A stretch of 64,000 nucleotides of DNA from an uncultured bacterium (GTDB lineage: Bacteria > Verrucomicrobiota > Verrucomicrobiia > Limisphaerales > UBA8199), in contig CAVVMW010000004.1 in assembly GCA_963749495.1 (NCBI GenBank), positions 128,001 through 192,000 on the forward strand. The letters run 5' to 3'. The translations under genes were made by a program, and so were the position numbers. A model generated the notes under the pieces. That model was not told the DNA's origin and ran no database searches. It worked only from the letters and a program-made list of their open reading frames with translations. Positions 1 to 10,219 of the stretch are shown piece after piece (the first letter of the stretch is position 1; every line of letters begins with the position of its first letter).

Positions 1-3000
1 GACCTTGTACTCGAAGAGTTTGGTCACCGGCCAGAACACTCTGCTGACCAGGGGGCCGAAGAGGGGCATGTCGCGCAGCAGCATGGCTTCGACGCGGGCG
101 TTGAGGCGGCCCTTGAGGTCGGCCGTGCCGCTGTACTCCAGCCGCATGGCCGGAGAGCGGATATCGAGGTTGTCCGAGCGGATGACGCCCCCGACGATGA
201 CGAAGCTGCAGGCGCCGGCGCTGGCGCGGCTGCTGCCCAGGCCCGGCACCAGCGCGTCCAGGGCCGGGGAGAGCCTGCCAAACAGCGGGATGTCCCAGAT
301 CAGGCCGTCACGCAACTCCAGCGCGCCGTAGCCTGCGGTTTGCCGCCAATCCTCGGTGTTGGCCTTGGTGAGCACCAGGGCGCCGCTCAAGCGGCCCTCC
401 AGGTGGTTGCTGCGGCTGGACAGATCGGCAATGAGCGCCTGCAACAGCGTGTTGGTCGTGCTCAGCCTCATTTGGTAATCGGCCCCCGGATGGGCTGGAT
501 CGAAATAGAACATCGCCGAGCCGCTCGCCTGCCCGCCATAGAAGTCCATCCGCGCGTCGCTCAAAGTCAGGTGAAGGCCCTTCCAGTAGATGCCGGCCTC
601 GACTCGGGGCAGGTTGAAGCTCAGCCAGTGGAAGGGACCGCTCTGCACCTGGAAATGCAGGTCGGCGGCCTCCTCGCCTTCCATCGGGATGGTCCCATGG
701 GCGCGGACAGTGGGCGGCTCGATGAACCGGTACGGTTCAAGCGTGCGGGCGATGTGCGGACCGATGGCGCGGGCGACGACCATCGGCTCGGTGGTGCTGA
801 ATCCATTGGTCAAGAAGACCTTCCGTGCCCGGAAATCGGCCTGGAGCCCCTCGGCCTGGAGGACCTGGTTGCTGCGCTGCAGGCGCGTGTCGATCAGCTC
901 CAGGACCTGGTTGGTGTAGCGGAGACTCGTGACCAGGCCGCTGGCCCATTCGCCGCGGAAGGTGAAGTTGGTCAAGGCCACCCGCCCCTGGATGCCGATC
1001 TCGACACCGTCGCGCTGCCGCCCCCAGATCTCCGCTTCGATGACGGGCGGTTGGGTGAATGTGAAGAACTCCAGCCCCCGCTGTGCTCCGGGATCGAGCA
1101 GGGGGCGGGCCGCGCTGGGGTCCATGCTGCCGGCCACGCGCCAATAGAACTCCCTGGCGCGCTCGTCATTCTGGTGCGTCGCCAGCACCCGGCCCTCAGG
1201 CCGTGTGAGCAGCAAATCGGGCAGCCGCCAACACTGGTTTGAATAGCTGAAGTGCGCCTGGGCGCTGCTCACCGAGAGCCCGCGGTAGGCGCCGCCGCGG
1301 GGCGCGTTGAATTCGCCTTCGACGCGGAGCGTGGTCTGGACTTGTCCGTGCCAGTCCGGTTGGAGGTTGGTCCAGGCGGGCAGCACCAGGGCCGCGCGGG
1401 CGGCCAGGCGAGGAGGTTGCTCCCAGGTGAACTGGTCCAACCAGCGCCGGGCGGCCTCCGGCAGCAGCGGCGCCAACTGGTGCGCGTCCGCATCCAACGT
1501 CACCCTGCCCTCCAGCTCGCGGCTGGCCACGTTCAGACCCGCGGCCAGGTCAATTTGCCCATGGTCGAAGGCCGCGTGCAGGTTGCTCAGCGTCAGCAGC
1601 GGCGTGCGCCAACTGCCGCTGCACACCGCCTCCCTGCCCGTCACCTGGCCTGACCGCAGGTCCGCCGCCTCGCATTCCCAATCCAGGGCGTAGCGACACA
1701 GCCACGGCGGCCAGGCCAGGCCCGGCGCGGGGGCGGCCGGGTCCGGCGGTTCCTGGCCCAGACCGTCGCCGGGACTCGGCCCTGCCTGCGCCACGGCCAG
1801 GCGAGAGGCACGGATGGCCGCCCGCACCTGGCCGGCGCTGCACCATTGCGTATCCGCCGCTGCGCACTCCAGCCGGCCCTGCGCCGAGAGAGGGACCAGG
1901 TTAGTCAGGCCGTGTACCCACTGGCCCGTCAACCGGGCGTTGGCGCCGCTGCCCCACTGGGTCCCCACCCGCTCCATCGCCAGCACGATGCTGCTGCTGG
2001 CCAAGTTGGTCTGGTCCTTGAGCGGGGCAAGGCCCGCCTCAAGCTGCACCTTGGAGGCCCAGGCCCAGCGCGTCCGGGCGTCGGCGGCCTTCAACGTCAA
2101 CTGCGCATTGACCCCGGTGGGCTGGTCTTGGGCCGGCTCCAGCCGGACCAGGAGCTGGACGTTGGTGAGGTCGGCCCACCGGGTCTGGACGCTGCCGGCG
2201 CCCAGGCTCAGTTCGGCATGCGGCGGTTGGCTGTTGGCGGCCTGCAGGAGCCGCGCGCCCAATCGGCCCTGGGAGAGCGTCCCCCATGGCGTGAGGGCTG
2301 CCGGGACGTTGGCCACGAGACGCACGCTCAAACGCCGCAAATCCCGGGCATCACCCAGCACGTTGAGCCGAAGCTGGAGCGGAGCGGCGAAATGGATCTG
2401 GTCGAGGGCGTCGGCCAGTTGCGCCAGCCGCTCCTCCCAGCGCCCGGCCTCCTGCGCCTGCGCGGGCGAGCGCAGGAACGTCCAATTCCGCGCCGCCGAT
2501 GCATGCGTGAGGGTGCCGGAGAGTTGGAGCCTGGCCCCGGCAAATTCGGCCTTGAAATTGTCCAGCGCCCACTCGTCATGGGGCAGGAAGCGCAGGTCGG
2601 TCTGGATGTTCTCCAGCGCCAGTTCACGCGGGGCCTGGTGGTCGTTGGCCGCGGGCACGGGCCAGACCAAGCGCCCGCTGCGCAAGGCCAGGGCATCCAC
2701 CTGGAATTGCCGCCGCGCCAGGGCGCGGTAGTTGAGCCGGACCTGGACCTGGCCGAAGGTCATGCGCGGAGTCAGGGGTTGGCCGGCCCGGCCGAAGCGC
2801 ACATTCTCCGCCACGATGCCCCGATACCAGGACAGGCGCAGGCGCGAGAACTCCAGCTCCAGGCCCCGCGCCCTGAGCTTCTCCAGCAGGGGCCGCTTCA
2901 CAAAACCGGGCAGCCCCACCTGGTTCAGATACACCAGCGCGCCCGTCACCCCCAACAGCGCCAGCCACGCCGCGATGCGCGCCCACCGGAAATAGACCCG

Positions 3001-3030
3001 GCACCTTCGCCAGAATCCGCTCGCATTCAA
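1..3030 (-). CDS. AsmA-like/YhdP-like bridge-like envelope protein, runs off the left edge
   Basis: TTG at 3030 overlaps the upstream TGA. The frame reads MNASGFWRRCRVYFRWARIAAWLALLGVTGALVYLNQVGLPGFVK (N-terminal TM), then beta-rich sequence to ...WPVTKLFEYKV at base 1. No stop in the parts I translated, and it is absent from the ORF track. Confidence 0.7.
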   Translation of the reverse strand, partial: MNASGFWRRCRVYFRWARIAAWLALLGVTGALVYLNQVGLPGFVKRPLLEKLRARGLELEFSRLRLSWYRGIVAENVRFGRAGQPLTPRMTFGQVQVRLNYRALARRQFQVDALALRSGRLVWPVPAANDHQAPRELALENIQTDLRFLPHDEWALDNFKAEFAGARLQLSGTLTHASAARNWTFLRSPAQAQEAGRWEERLAQLADALDQIHFAAPLQLRLNVLGDARDLRRLSVRLVANVPAALTPWGTLSQGRLGARLLQAANSQPPHAELSLGAGSVQTRWADLTNVQLLVRLEPAQDQPTGVNAQLTLKAADARTRWAWASKVQLEAGLAPLKDQTNLASSSIVLAMERVGTQWGSGANARLTGQWVHGLTNLVPLSAQGRLECAAADTQWCSAGQVRAAIRASRLAVAQAGPSPGDGLGQEPPDPAAPAPGLAWPPWLCRYALDWECEAADLRSGQVTGREAVCSGSWRTPLLTLSNLHAAFDHGQIDLAAGLNVASRELEGRVTLDADAHQLAPLLPEAARRWLDQFTWEQPPRLAARAALVLPAWTNLQPDWHGQVQTTLRVEGEFNAPRGGAYRGLSVSSAQAHFSYSNQCWRLPDLLLTRPEGRVLATHQNDERAREFYWRVAGSMDPSAARPLLDPGAQRGLEFFTFTQPPVIEAEIWGRQRDGVEIGIQGRVALTNFTFRGEWASGLVTSLRYTNQVLELIDTRLQRSNQVLQAEGLQADFRARKVFLTNGFSTTEPMVVARAIGPHIARTLEPYRFIEPPTVRAHGTIPMEGEEAADLHFQVQSGPFHWLSFNLPRVEAGIYWKGLHLTLSDARMDFYGGQASGSAMFYFDPAHPGADYQMRLSTTNTLLQALIADLSSRSNHLEGRLSGALVLTKANTEDWRQTAGYGALELRDGLIWDIPLFGRLSPALDALVPGLGSSRASAGACSFVIVGGVIRSDNLDIRSPAMRLEYSGTADLKGRLNARVEAMLLRDMPLFGPLVSRVFWPVTKLFEYKV

Positions 3031-4850
3031 GGCGGTGGGAGGAGAAAGGTCTGAATCCACTCGGCCAGCCAGGAAGGAAACTCAAAGACCCAGGGCTCCC
3101 CATCCAACGCGACCGCACCATAGAGCGAGCGGCCGGGGCTCGGTCCGCCCAATTCAACAACGGCTGGTTTGGCGCCATCCTTAAATTCGAGGGTGATTTG
3201 CCGGGCGCTGCCATCGGCGGCAAAGCCATAACGGGCGCGGCTCTGCGCCCCATGCCCCACCCAGGTGGCGGCGGCCAACTGCCCCAGGTTCCGTATCGTC
3301 TCGGCCACGCTCAGGACATCGATCGTCCCGCCCGGATCCGAAGCCAGTGTCCAGGCCACCGGCCCCTTGTCTGTGTGAATCAACTGGCGCACTTTGCCCG
3401 CCTGCCGCACCACCACGCGCGTGATGTCGTTGTCCGAATAATTCCAGATGCGGCGCTCCCGCATCTGGAAGCCGGCGGTGGGCAGCCGCTCGATGTCCCC
3501 CGCCTTGACGGCGTAAACGGAAATCTCGTCGCTGCGGTTGACGAACACCCGGTTTGTGTTGGTGAAGCCGACATCCACTTCGGCGATGACGGGATTGGTG
3601 GCGCCAGGGGAGGCAGGGGCCGATTTGAAGATATACCGGCGCGCGGCCGGCGCGGTCAGGCCATAGCGGGCCAACTCCGGCGCCGTTACCGCGTCGAAAA
3701 ACTCGAGGATCGGCAAATGACCCACGCCCGACACCAGGTCTTTGACCAAGTCGGCGTCGGCGGGCAGGTTCTGCGGCAGGACACGCCAGCCGTTGGTGCC
3801 CTGGGGCTGGACCCCGAAATGGTCCTGCCCATAGACCTCGATGGCGGCCACCGAGTCGGGCAGGTCAATGACGTTGGTGGCGCGAAAGGCATTGACGGGC
3901 CCGTACCACCCATCCAGCGTGTTGGTGGCCACGGTGACAACGGCGTTGCGCCCCAGGCAGCGGGCGGTGACCACGCCGGAGTCGTTGGTGAGGCTCCTGC
4001 CGAATTGGAGCCAGGCGAGGGTATTGGTGCCGCGGGCCAGGGCCAGTTCGAGCTGGGCCGGCTGCAGGCCCAAGGCCTCCAGGTCGGCCTTGGGGTCATC
4101 GGAAACAAACCGGCGCACATTGAGCGAGCGCAACTGCTGGAGCAACTCGTTGATGCGCGGGGTATCGGCGCGGGCCTGGATGGGATTGACGATACGCCAG
4201 AGGCGGGTGGCCGGCTCCTGCTGCAGCTCCAGCACCTTGGCCGCGGACACCCCGCCAGCGCGGTTGGTCAGGATCACGCGGTCGAAGCTCACGTCCTTCA
4301 AATTGACCAGAGCCGTGTCCCGCCAATCGTCTTTGGTGCGGGGGATCTCCCGCAGCAACTGCGCGTCCACCACATAGACCCCCGCCACGCCCACCACCTG
4401 GAGGTAGAGTTGGTCGCCGGGCACTGTCAGGCCGCCCACAACCACTTGGCGCATCCAGGCATCGCCTTGTTGGATCAGCAGAGTCGCCTGGGGCGAGGCC
4501 AGGCCCTCTTCTTCGTCGGCGTGGGGCCAGTTGCGGCGCACGCCCGGAGGGATGAAGGCGGCCGGGGTCAGCCGCTCCAGGGCGCCCAGCAGGCTCTCGA
4601 TGCTGGCGGATTGCGCCGGGTAGGGCACCGGCTTGGTCAGGCGCCAGGTGTTGTTGGTCCGCTGGGCGCGGATAAAGAAGCTCTGGCCCTTGGCCTCCAC
4701 CGAGATGCTGGTGACCGCCGCCGCCTTGAGCCCCGGCAGGACCCGCTCAGGGCCGGGGCTGGGAGGCCGGGCAAACCGTTCGCGCGCCAGGATCCCCAGA
4801 AAGAGCGCCGCCGCGACAGCCAGCCAATACCAGGTGTTCTTGGGGTTCAT
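3027..4850 (-). CDS. DUF4340 domain protein, Gld-like ABC system accessory
   Basis: 607 aa with N-terminal TM and repeated W..P....AD/GL..P motifs, downstream of the GldG-like gene. Confidence 0.8.
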   Translation of the reverse strand: MNPKNTWYWLAVAAALFLGILARERFARPPSPGPERVLPGLKAAAVTSISVEAKGQSFFIRAQRTNNTWRLTKPVPYPAQSASIESLLGALERLTPAAFIPPGVRRNWPHADEEEGLASPQATLLIQQGDAWMRQVVVGGLTVPGDQLYLQVVGVAGVYVVDAQLLREIPRTKDDWRDTALVNLKDVSFDRVILTNRAGGVSAAKVLELQQEPATRLWRIVNPIQARADTPRINELLQQLRSLNVRRFVSDDPKADLEALGLQPAQLELALARGTNTLAWLQFGRSLTNDSGVVTARCLGRNAVVTVATNTLDGWYGPVNAFRATNVIDLPDSVAAIEVYGQDHFGVQPQGTNGWRVLPQNLPADADLVKDLVSGVGHLPILEFFDAVTAPELARYGLTAPAARRYIFKSAPASPGATNPVIAEVDVGFTNTNRVFVNRSDEISVYAVKAGDIERLPTAGFQMRERRIWNYSDNDITRVVVRQAGKVRQLIHTDKGPVAWTLASDPGGTIDVLSVAETIRNLGQLAAATWVGHGAQSRARYGFAADGSARQITLEFKDGAKPAVVELGGPSPGRSLYGAVALDGEPWVFEFPSWLAEWIQTFLLPPP

Positions 4851-4930
4851 CGGCGATTGGCCTTCTTGGCTTTGGTGGGTCGGTGCAATGTCCTGCGAGG
4901 CCCCTTAGCGCGCGTATTTCACACGCTGTC

Positions 4931-5051
4931 TGTAGCGCAGACTTCCAAGTCTGCTGTATCGCGGGTTTCCAAACCCGCCGGGCGCCGGAGCCGGGCGACG
5001 GGCTGCCGACTTGGAAGTCGGCGATACAGCAGGCTTGGAAGCCTGCGCTAC
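4931..5051. repeat. Palindromic REP/MITE-like element
   Basis: Arms gtagcgcagacttccaagtctgctgtatcgc and gcgatacagcaggcttggaagcctgcgctac are near-perfect reverse complements. Confidence 0.8.
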
Positions 5052-5096
5052 CGGTCTGCCGTCGCTCGCGGCCAGGTAACTCATGAAATACTCGGG

Positions 5097-6586
5097 TTAG
5101 CGCCGGCGGCGCAGCCAGACCAGGCCCCCCAGGAACAGAACGGCCCCTGGCATGCCCGGCCAGCAGGAGCCAGCGGGTGGCGGCGACCTGCGCCGCGGTC
5201 ATCACCAGGCGGTAACTGCCGATGGGGCGCGGGCCCATCGCCCCGAGCAATTGCTTGCGGTCCAGCAGCCAGTTGACCGCGTAGCCGGCGAAGTCCCGGT
5301 TGGCACTCTGGCCAATATTCAGATTGTCCAGCATCAGCGAATCCCCCACCACCAGCATCCGGGTCGAGCCGCGCTCGGTCGTCATGCCGCGAATCGTATT
5401 CTCGACCGCCACCATCAGTGGGCACTTCTGGCGGCGGCCCGGTTCGCTGAGCATAAAGGCATTGTCGGTCGAGGACGCTATCTCGTCCACGCGCGGCGCA
5501 TCGGCGCTTTGGGCGCGGGTCCTGAGCTTGCCGACTTTTCGGGGCTGAATCATGTAGAGGGAGAAGCCGACCAGCGGATTGACGACCGGGTTCAACTCGG
5601 CGAAATTCCAGACACTCATGTCCAGGCCCTCCCCCTTGGAACTCCAGAGCGGGTCGACCACAACGGTATTGCCGACCTCGACGCCCCATTTCTCGAGGAG
5701 TTTTTCGAGGCCGTTGCCGCGCATCGTGCCGCTCTGCTCGATGAGCAGAGAATTAAAGAGCGCCAGCAGCCGCCCGCCCTGGCTCAGGTACTGATCGATC
5801 TTGCCCAGTTCGAGGGCTGAGAATTGGTTCTGCGCCCCGGCTACGACCAGCAAGTCGCAGTCAGCCGGCACAGTATTGGTTCCTTGCAGTTGCAGGGAAT
5901 GGACCTCGATATAGTTATCCAGGAGGATGCTCTGGAAGGTCTTGTAGCCGAAATCGTCGCCCCGCGCGATCTCGTGCTCGCCAAGGTGGTCCTCGACAAA
6001 ATAGGCCTTCAGGCGCTTGGGCGATGTGACCTTGATGAGGGCGGCCGTGAAGAAACTCTCGCCGACGAAGTCCGTAGGCTGGCGCAGGAAGAACAGGTTC
6101 GTGCCTTGCGTGACGTACTCGGGGGTGCCCCGCGTCAACTCCTTGCTGTCGAAGTCCTGCTGGCCCATGCCGGGGCAATCAAAGATGATGATGTTCTTGA
6201 CGCCGTTGCCCAGCTTGTATTCGGTCCGCACCTTCTGGGCGGCGCCCGCGTCCATCACGTCCACGGCCCGGACTGTAATCCGGGGATTGGCCAGGTGATA
6301 GAGGTTCAGGAGATCGGAGACGGTCCCGTAGAGCCAGTCCTGCTTGTCGAAGAAGAGGGTCACTTTGACCTGGTTGGTGAGCGAACGCACGAACTGGCGG
6401 GTCAGAGGGCTGCAGCTCCGTCTTGGCCTGCCCGCTCCAATAGAGGCGGGCGGAGAAATCACGGCTCAGGTAGTTGACCATCACCACCACTGCCAGGACC
6501 ATCAGGGTGCTCAGCGAGACGTTCAGGATGATGCCCCACCGCTGGCGCGGGGAGAAGCTGGGCTTGGCTTGAGGCTCCGTGGGCAT
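5097..6586 (-). CDS. GldG-like ABC-type auxiliary component, two frameshifts (about 6410 and 5155)
   Basis: Joins ORF 6179..6586 N-terminus, ORF 4747..6462 core (GEHEI, VPADCDLLV, ANRDF..NWL) and a C-terminal TM ending LVWLRRRR-TAA. Confidence 0.8.
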
Positions 6587-6601
6587 GGGTGCGGGACTCT
6601 C

Positions 6602-7361
6602 CTATTTCCAGCGGCGGCTCTCGACCACGCGCAAGGTCAAGAAGAGGAAGAACAGCGTCAGGCTCGAGGTAGAGAACCACCGCGCGCGTGTCCACCACAC
6701 CGCGCGCGAAGTCGTGCATCTGGTCGAAGAGCGAGAAGCAGGCCAGGACCTGGCCCTGCCATTGCCCCGCATCGGCGAAGCGGTCCGCCAGGTAGGCCAG
6801 CAGGAACAGGCTCACGCCGAAGACCAGGCTGATCATGGCCGCCACCGCCTGGTTGCGCGTCAGCGCCGAGGCGAAGCAGCCCATCGCCACGTACATGGCG
6901 CCCAGCAGCCCGATGCCCAGGTAGGTGCTGCCCAGCGCGCCCAGGCCGAAGGCCGAGCCGTCCCTCGCGTAGTGCTGCACCACCAGCATGCACCCCAGCA
7001 GCGGCAGCCAGATCATCAGGAAGAAGATCAGCGCCGCGCTGAACTTGGCCAGCACCACCTCCAGGTCCTTCACCGGTGTGGTCATGAGCGTCTCGAACGT
7101 CCCGGAAAACTTCTCCTGCGCAAAGAGCCGCATCGTGATCAACGGCGTGGTCGGCAGCAGGATTAGCCAGAAGTAAAACGTGTTGTAAAACAACTCGGTC
7201 ACCGGCACCGGGATGCGCAAGGGCATTTCCTGGAGCTTCTCGATGATCACCAGGAAACTGTTGCCCATGAGGAACAGCGCGGCCGCGATGATGATGTAGC
7301 CGGTCGCCGACAGAAAATAGGCCCCCAGCTCCCGGCGGGTGAGCGTCCAATAGGCCCGCAT
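6602..7361 (-). CDS. ABC transporter permease, GldF-like, frameshift about 6665
   Basis: MRAYWTLTRRELGAYFLS...TMRLFAQEKFSGTFETLMTTPV...DFARGVVDTR, then shifted end VVESRRWK. Confidence 0.85.
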
Positions 7362-8323
7362 CAGGCTTCCTCCTCCTCCTCGGGCCGGGTCACCTCCACG
7401 TAGATGTCTTCCAGGGAATGCCGGCTGCGCGTCAGCTCCCGCAGCGGCCAGCCGTGCTCCTGCGCCAGGGCATAGACCTGCGGCCGCACGTCCAGCCCGT
7501 TGCGCGCCGTGAGCGCACAGCGGAAATACTCTCCCTCGCACGGGGCCACATCGAATTGGTCCACCTCGGGCATCTGCGCCCAGCATTTCCGAAGCACGTC
7601 GGCCGGGGCGGCAATCTCGGCGATGACCTGGCTGTGATGGCTCATGAGCTGCTGCAGGGTCTCGGCTGTGCCGGCGGCCAGGATCTTGCCCTCGTACATG
7701 ATCACCATCCGGTTGCAAGTCATTTCGGCCTCCGGCAGGATGTGCGTCGAGATGAGCACCGTGTGCGCCCCGGCCAGGCCCTTGATCAACTGCCTCACGG
7801 ACCGGATCTGGTTCGGGTCCAGCCCGATCGTCGGCTCGTCCAGGATGATCAGTTCCGGCTCGTGAACCAGCGCATCGGCCAGCCCGACGCGCTGCCGGTA
7901 GCCCTTGGAAAGCTGGCCGATGATGCGCCGGCTGACCTCCGTCAGCCCGCACTGCTCCATCACCGTGTCCACGCGCCCCCTCGAGGCCTTCCAGCCCAAG
8001 CCCTTGAGCCGGGCCCGAAACTTGAGATACTCCCGCACCCGCAGGTCCAGGTGCAGCGGGTTGTTCTCCGGCATGTAGCCGATCCGCCGCCGCACCTCGT
8101 CCGATCGCTTGAACACGTCCAGCCCCGCCACCCGCACCGTCCCCGACGTCGCCGGCAGGTAGCACGCCAGAATCCGCATCGTTGTGCTCTTGCCCGCCCC
8201 GTTCGGCCCCAACAAACCGACGATCTCTCCGTGCCCAACCGAAAACGATATGTTCGACACCGCCGTGTGCCCGGCGTATCGCTTCGTCAGGTTGGCCACT
8301 TCTATCATCAAACGGTCGCTCAT
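7361..8323 (-). CDS. ABC transporter ATP-binding protein, GldA-like
   Basis: Walker A GPNGAGKS, signature LSKGYRQ, Walker B IILDEP. Confidence 0.95.
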   Translation of the reverse strand: MSDRLMIEVANLTKRYAGHTAVSNISFSVGHGEIVGLLGPNGAGKSTTMRILACYLPATSGTVRVAGLDVFKRSDEVRRRIGYMPENNPLHLDLRVREYLKFRARLKGLGWKASRGRVDTVMEQCGLTEVSRRIIGQLSKGYRQRVGLADALVHEPELIILDEPTIGLDPNQIRSVRQLIKGLAGAHTVLISTHILPEAEMTCNRMVIMYEGKILAAGTAETLQQLMSHHSQVIAEIAAPADVLRKCWAQMPEVDQFDVAPCEGEYFRCALTARNGLDVRPQVYALAQEHGWPLRELTRSRHSLEDIYVEVTRPEEEEEA

Positions 8324-8473
8324 GAAACCAATCCAATTCCCAGTCTAGCCAATCCCGGGCCAGGGCGGCAAACCCGAAAATCCGAAATCCGAGACCCAGG
8401 CAGAACCATGGAAGTCAGGATCAATGCAGGCAAAATCATTTCTGCCAGAATCATTAAAAGAAGAGTCTCTGCC

Positions 8474-8531
8474 TTCGTCATTCGTCATTCGTCATTCGTC
8501 ATTCGTCATTCGTCATTCGTCATTCGTCATT
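8474..8531. repeat. Heptamer tandem array (ttcgtca)n
   Basis: About 8 consecutive units. The same unit recurs near 31377-31408, 40099-40131 and inverted at 28983-29008. Confidence 0.95.
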
Positions 8532-8542
8532 TCGCTCCCCCT

Positions 8543-9886
8543 TCACCTCACCACGACGTCCACCGTCCTCTGGTAGAACTCGACCTGCCGGCTGCCGAGT
8601 TGGCGCGGGACGATGACCAGGAGCTGCACCCGCTGGCCCTTTTTCTTTCCAAAGAGGATCTCGGCCACGGCGCGGACTTCGCCGGTGCGCTGGCCATCAA
8701 CTCCCGCGAGCAGGAACCCCTGCTGCAACCTGGCCTGGTCGGCCGGGCCGTCCTTTTCGACCTCCTCGATGAAGAGCTGTTCGCGCGCTGCCACGCCGTG
8801 ACGATCGGCGTTTTGGCCGGTCAACTCCAGCAGTTTCATTCCCAGTTTCTGCCGGATCAACTCCTCGAAGGGGAGCAGGCGAATGGTGAGCGAGCAACGC
8901 TCGGTGCCGCGGCCCACGAGCAGCCGGGCCTCGTGGCGGGGCGCCTTGCTGAGCAGGCCGCTGCAGGCGATGAGCCCGGGGGGCGTCTGGCCGTTGACCT
9001 GCAGGACCTGGTCGCCTTCCCGCAAGCCCGCGCGGGCGGCAGGGCTGTTGGCCTGCACCGACTTGACCAGCAGCGGCCCGGGGCTCGCCTTGAGCTGCGC
9101 CCCGAACCAGAGCGAGTCGGTCCATTCCGGACTGAAAAACTGCGAGAGTGCGGCCGACACCTGCTTGACCGGGATGGAGAATCCCAGGCCCATGCCCTGC
9201 TGCTCGCGGGCAACGGCCACATTCAGGCCGATGAGTTCCCCGCGCAAGTTCACCAGCGGCCCGCCGCTGTTGCCGGGATTGATGGCGGCGTCGGTTTGCA
9301 GCCAGTCCTCCACCTGCAAGGGCTCCCCTTCGGCGGCGGGACGGCGGTTTTTCGAGCTGAGGATGCCCTTGGTCACCGAGCCCCCCAGGCCGAACGGGTT
9401 GCCCAGGGCCAGCACCGTCTCGCCCAGCAGCAGGTCCTCGTCTGCAGCAAACTGAATCGCCTTGAACTTCTCGCCGGGCTTGGCGCGGAGCTTGAGCAAC
9501 GCCACGTCGCTCTGCGCCGTGGCGATGATCGGCTCCGCCTCGTACTCGCGCCCGTCCCAGAGCTTGACCTGCACGCGGGTGGCGCGGCTGATCACATGGT
9601 AATTGGTCAGCAAGTGGCCGTCTTCGTCAATGATCACACCCGAGCCGAGGCTGATAGATTTCTCCTGCCGCACCGGGCTGCGGTGCCCGCCGAAGAGTTG
9701 CCCATTCAACTGGCGCAGCAACTCATCATACCAATCGTGGTACTCGATGACCGTCTCGGTCGCAATGTTCACCACGCTGGGCATGACCTTCTCGATGGCC
9801 TCCACCGTCGCGTCCCGGCGCAGGTCGCCCGAGGCGCCCGCCGCCGCCGCAGCAGGCAGCACCAGCCCCAGGCAAGCCAGAAACAC
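8543..9886 (-). CDS. DegP/HtrA-like serine protease with two PDZ domains (start uncertain)
   Basis: Motifs GSGVII, TNYHV, DVALLK, QTDAAINPGNSGGPL, plus a hydrophobic signal stretch. The upstream part of the 901-aa ORF runs through a repeat and antisense to DUF2851. Confidence 0.9.
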   Translation of the reverse strand: MFLACLGLVLPAAAAAGASGDLRRDATVEAIEKVMPSVVNIATETVIEYHDWYDELLRQLNGQLFGGHRSPVRQEKSISLGSGVIIDEDGHLLTNYHVISRATRVQVKLWDGREYEAEPIIATAQSDVALLKLRAKPGEKFKAIQFAADEDLLLGETVLALGNPFGLGGSVTKGILSSKNRRPAAEGEPLQVEDWLQTDAAINPGNSGGPLVNLRGELIGLNVAVAREQQGMGLGFSIPVKQVSAALSQFFSPEWTDSLWFGAQLKASPGPLLVKSVQANSPAARAGLREGDQVLQVNGQTPPGLIACSGLLSKAPRHEARLLVGRGTERCSLTIRLLPFEELIRQKLGMKLLELTGQNADRHGVAAREQLFIEEVEKDGPADQARLQQGFLLAGVDGQRTGEVRAVAEILFGKKKGQRVQLLVIVPRQLGSRQVEFYQRTVDVVVR

Positions 9887-9898
9887 TAACCGGGTGTT

Positions 9899-10147
9899 AT
9901 TAAAAGTGTCGGTCAGTCCACGGCACCTTTTTGCCCCGAAGGGGCTTCCGACAATAGCCCGGCGTTTCAACGCCGGGTGAGCGGACCCAAGGAGCGGGTC
10001 CGTCCCGAAGGGACGGCTGAAAGCAACGAGCGTTCTCAGTCGTCCCTTCGGGACGAGGGCCCCGTCTGTGGCCTTCCCGGCGTTGAAACGCCGGGCTATT
10101 GTCGAATGTCCCTCCGGGACAAAACTCCCGAGGGGCATGCCCGAAGC
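9899..10147. mobile_element. About 250-bp nested-palindrome MITE/REP-like element, copy 1
   Basis: Outer arms aatagcccggcgtttcaacgccggg / cccggcgttgaaacgccgggctatt and inner arms gtcccgaagggacg / cgtcccttcgggac. Close copy at 34521-34770. Confidence 0.85.
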
Positions 10148-10219
10148 TTTTGATCTTCTCCACACCAGCTCGGTCCTTTCTCGTTGATTCCAATTCATCA
10201 TTCCACAGGCAAATCTGCC

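Noticed and set aside
3198..9889. Long plus-strand ORFs of 692 and 823 aa, and similar shadows elsewhere
   Set aside because: They are antisense to well-supported genes, as expected in high-GC DNA.
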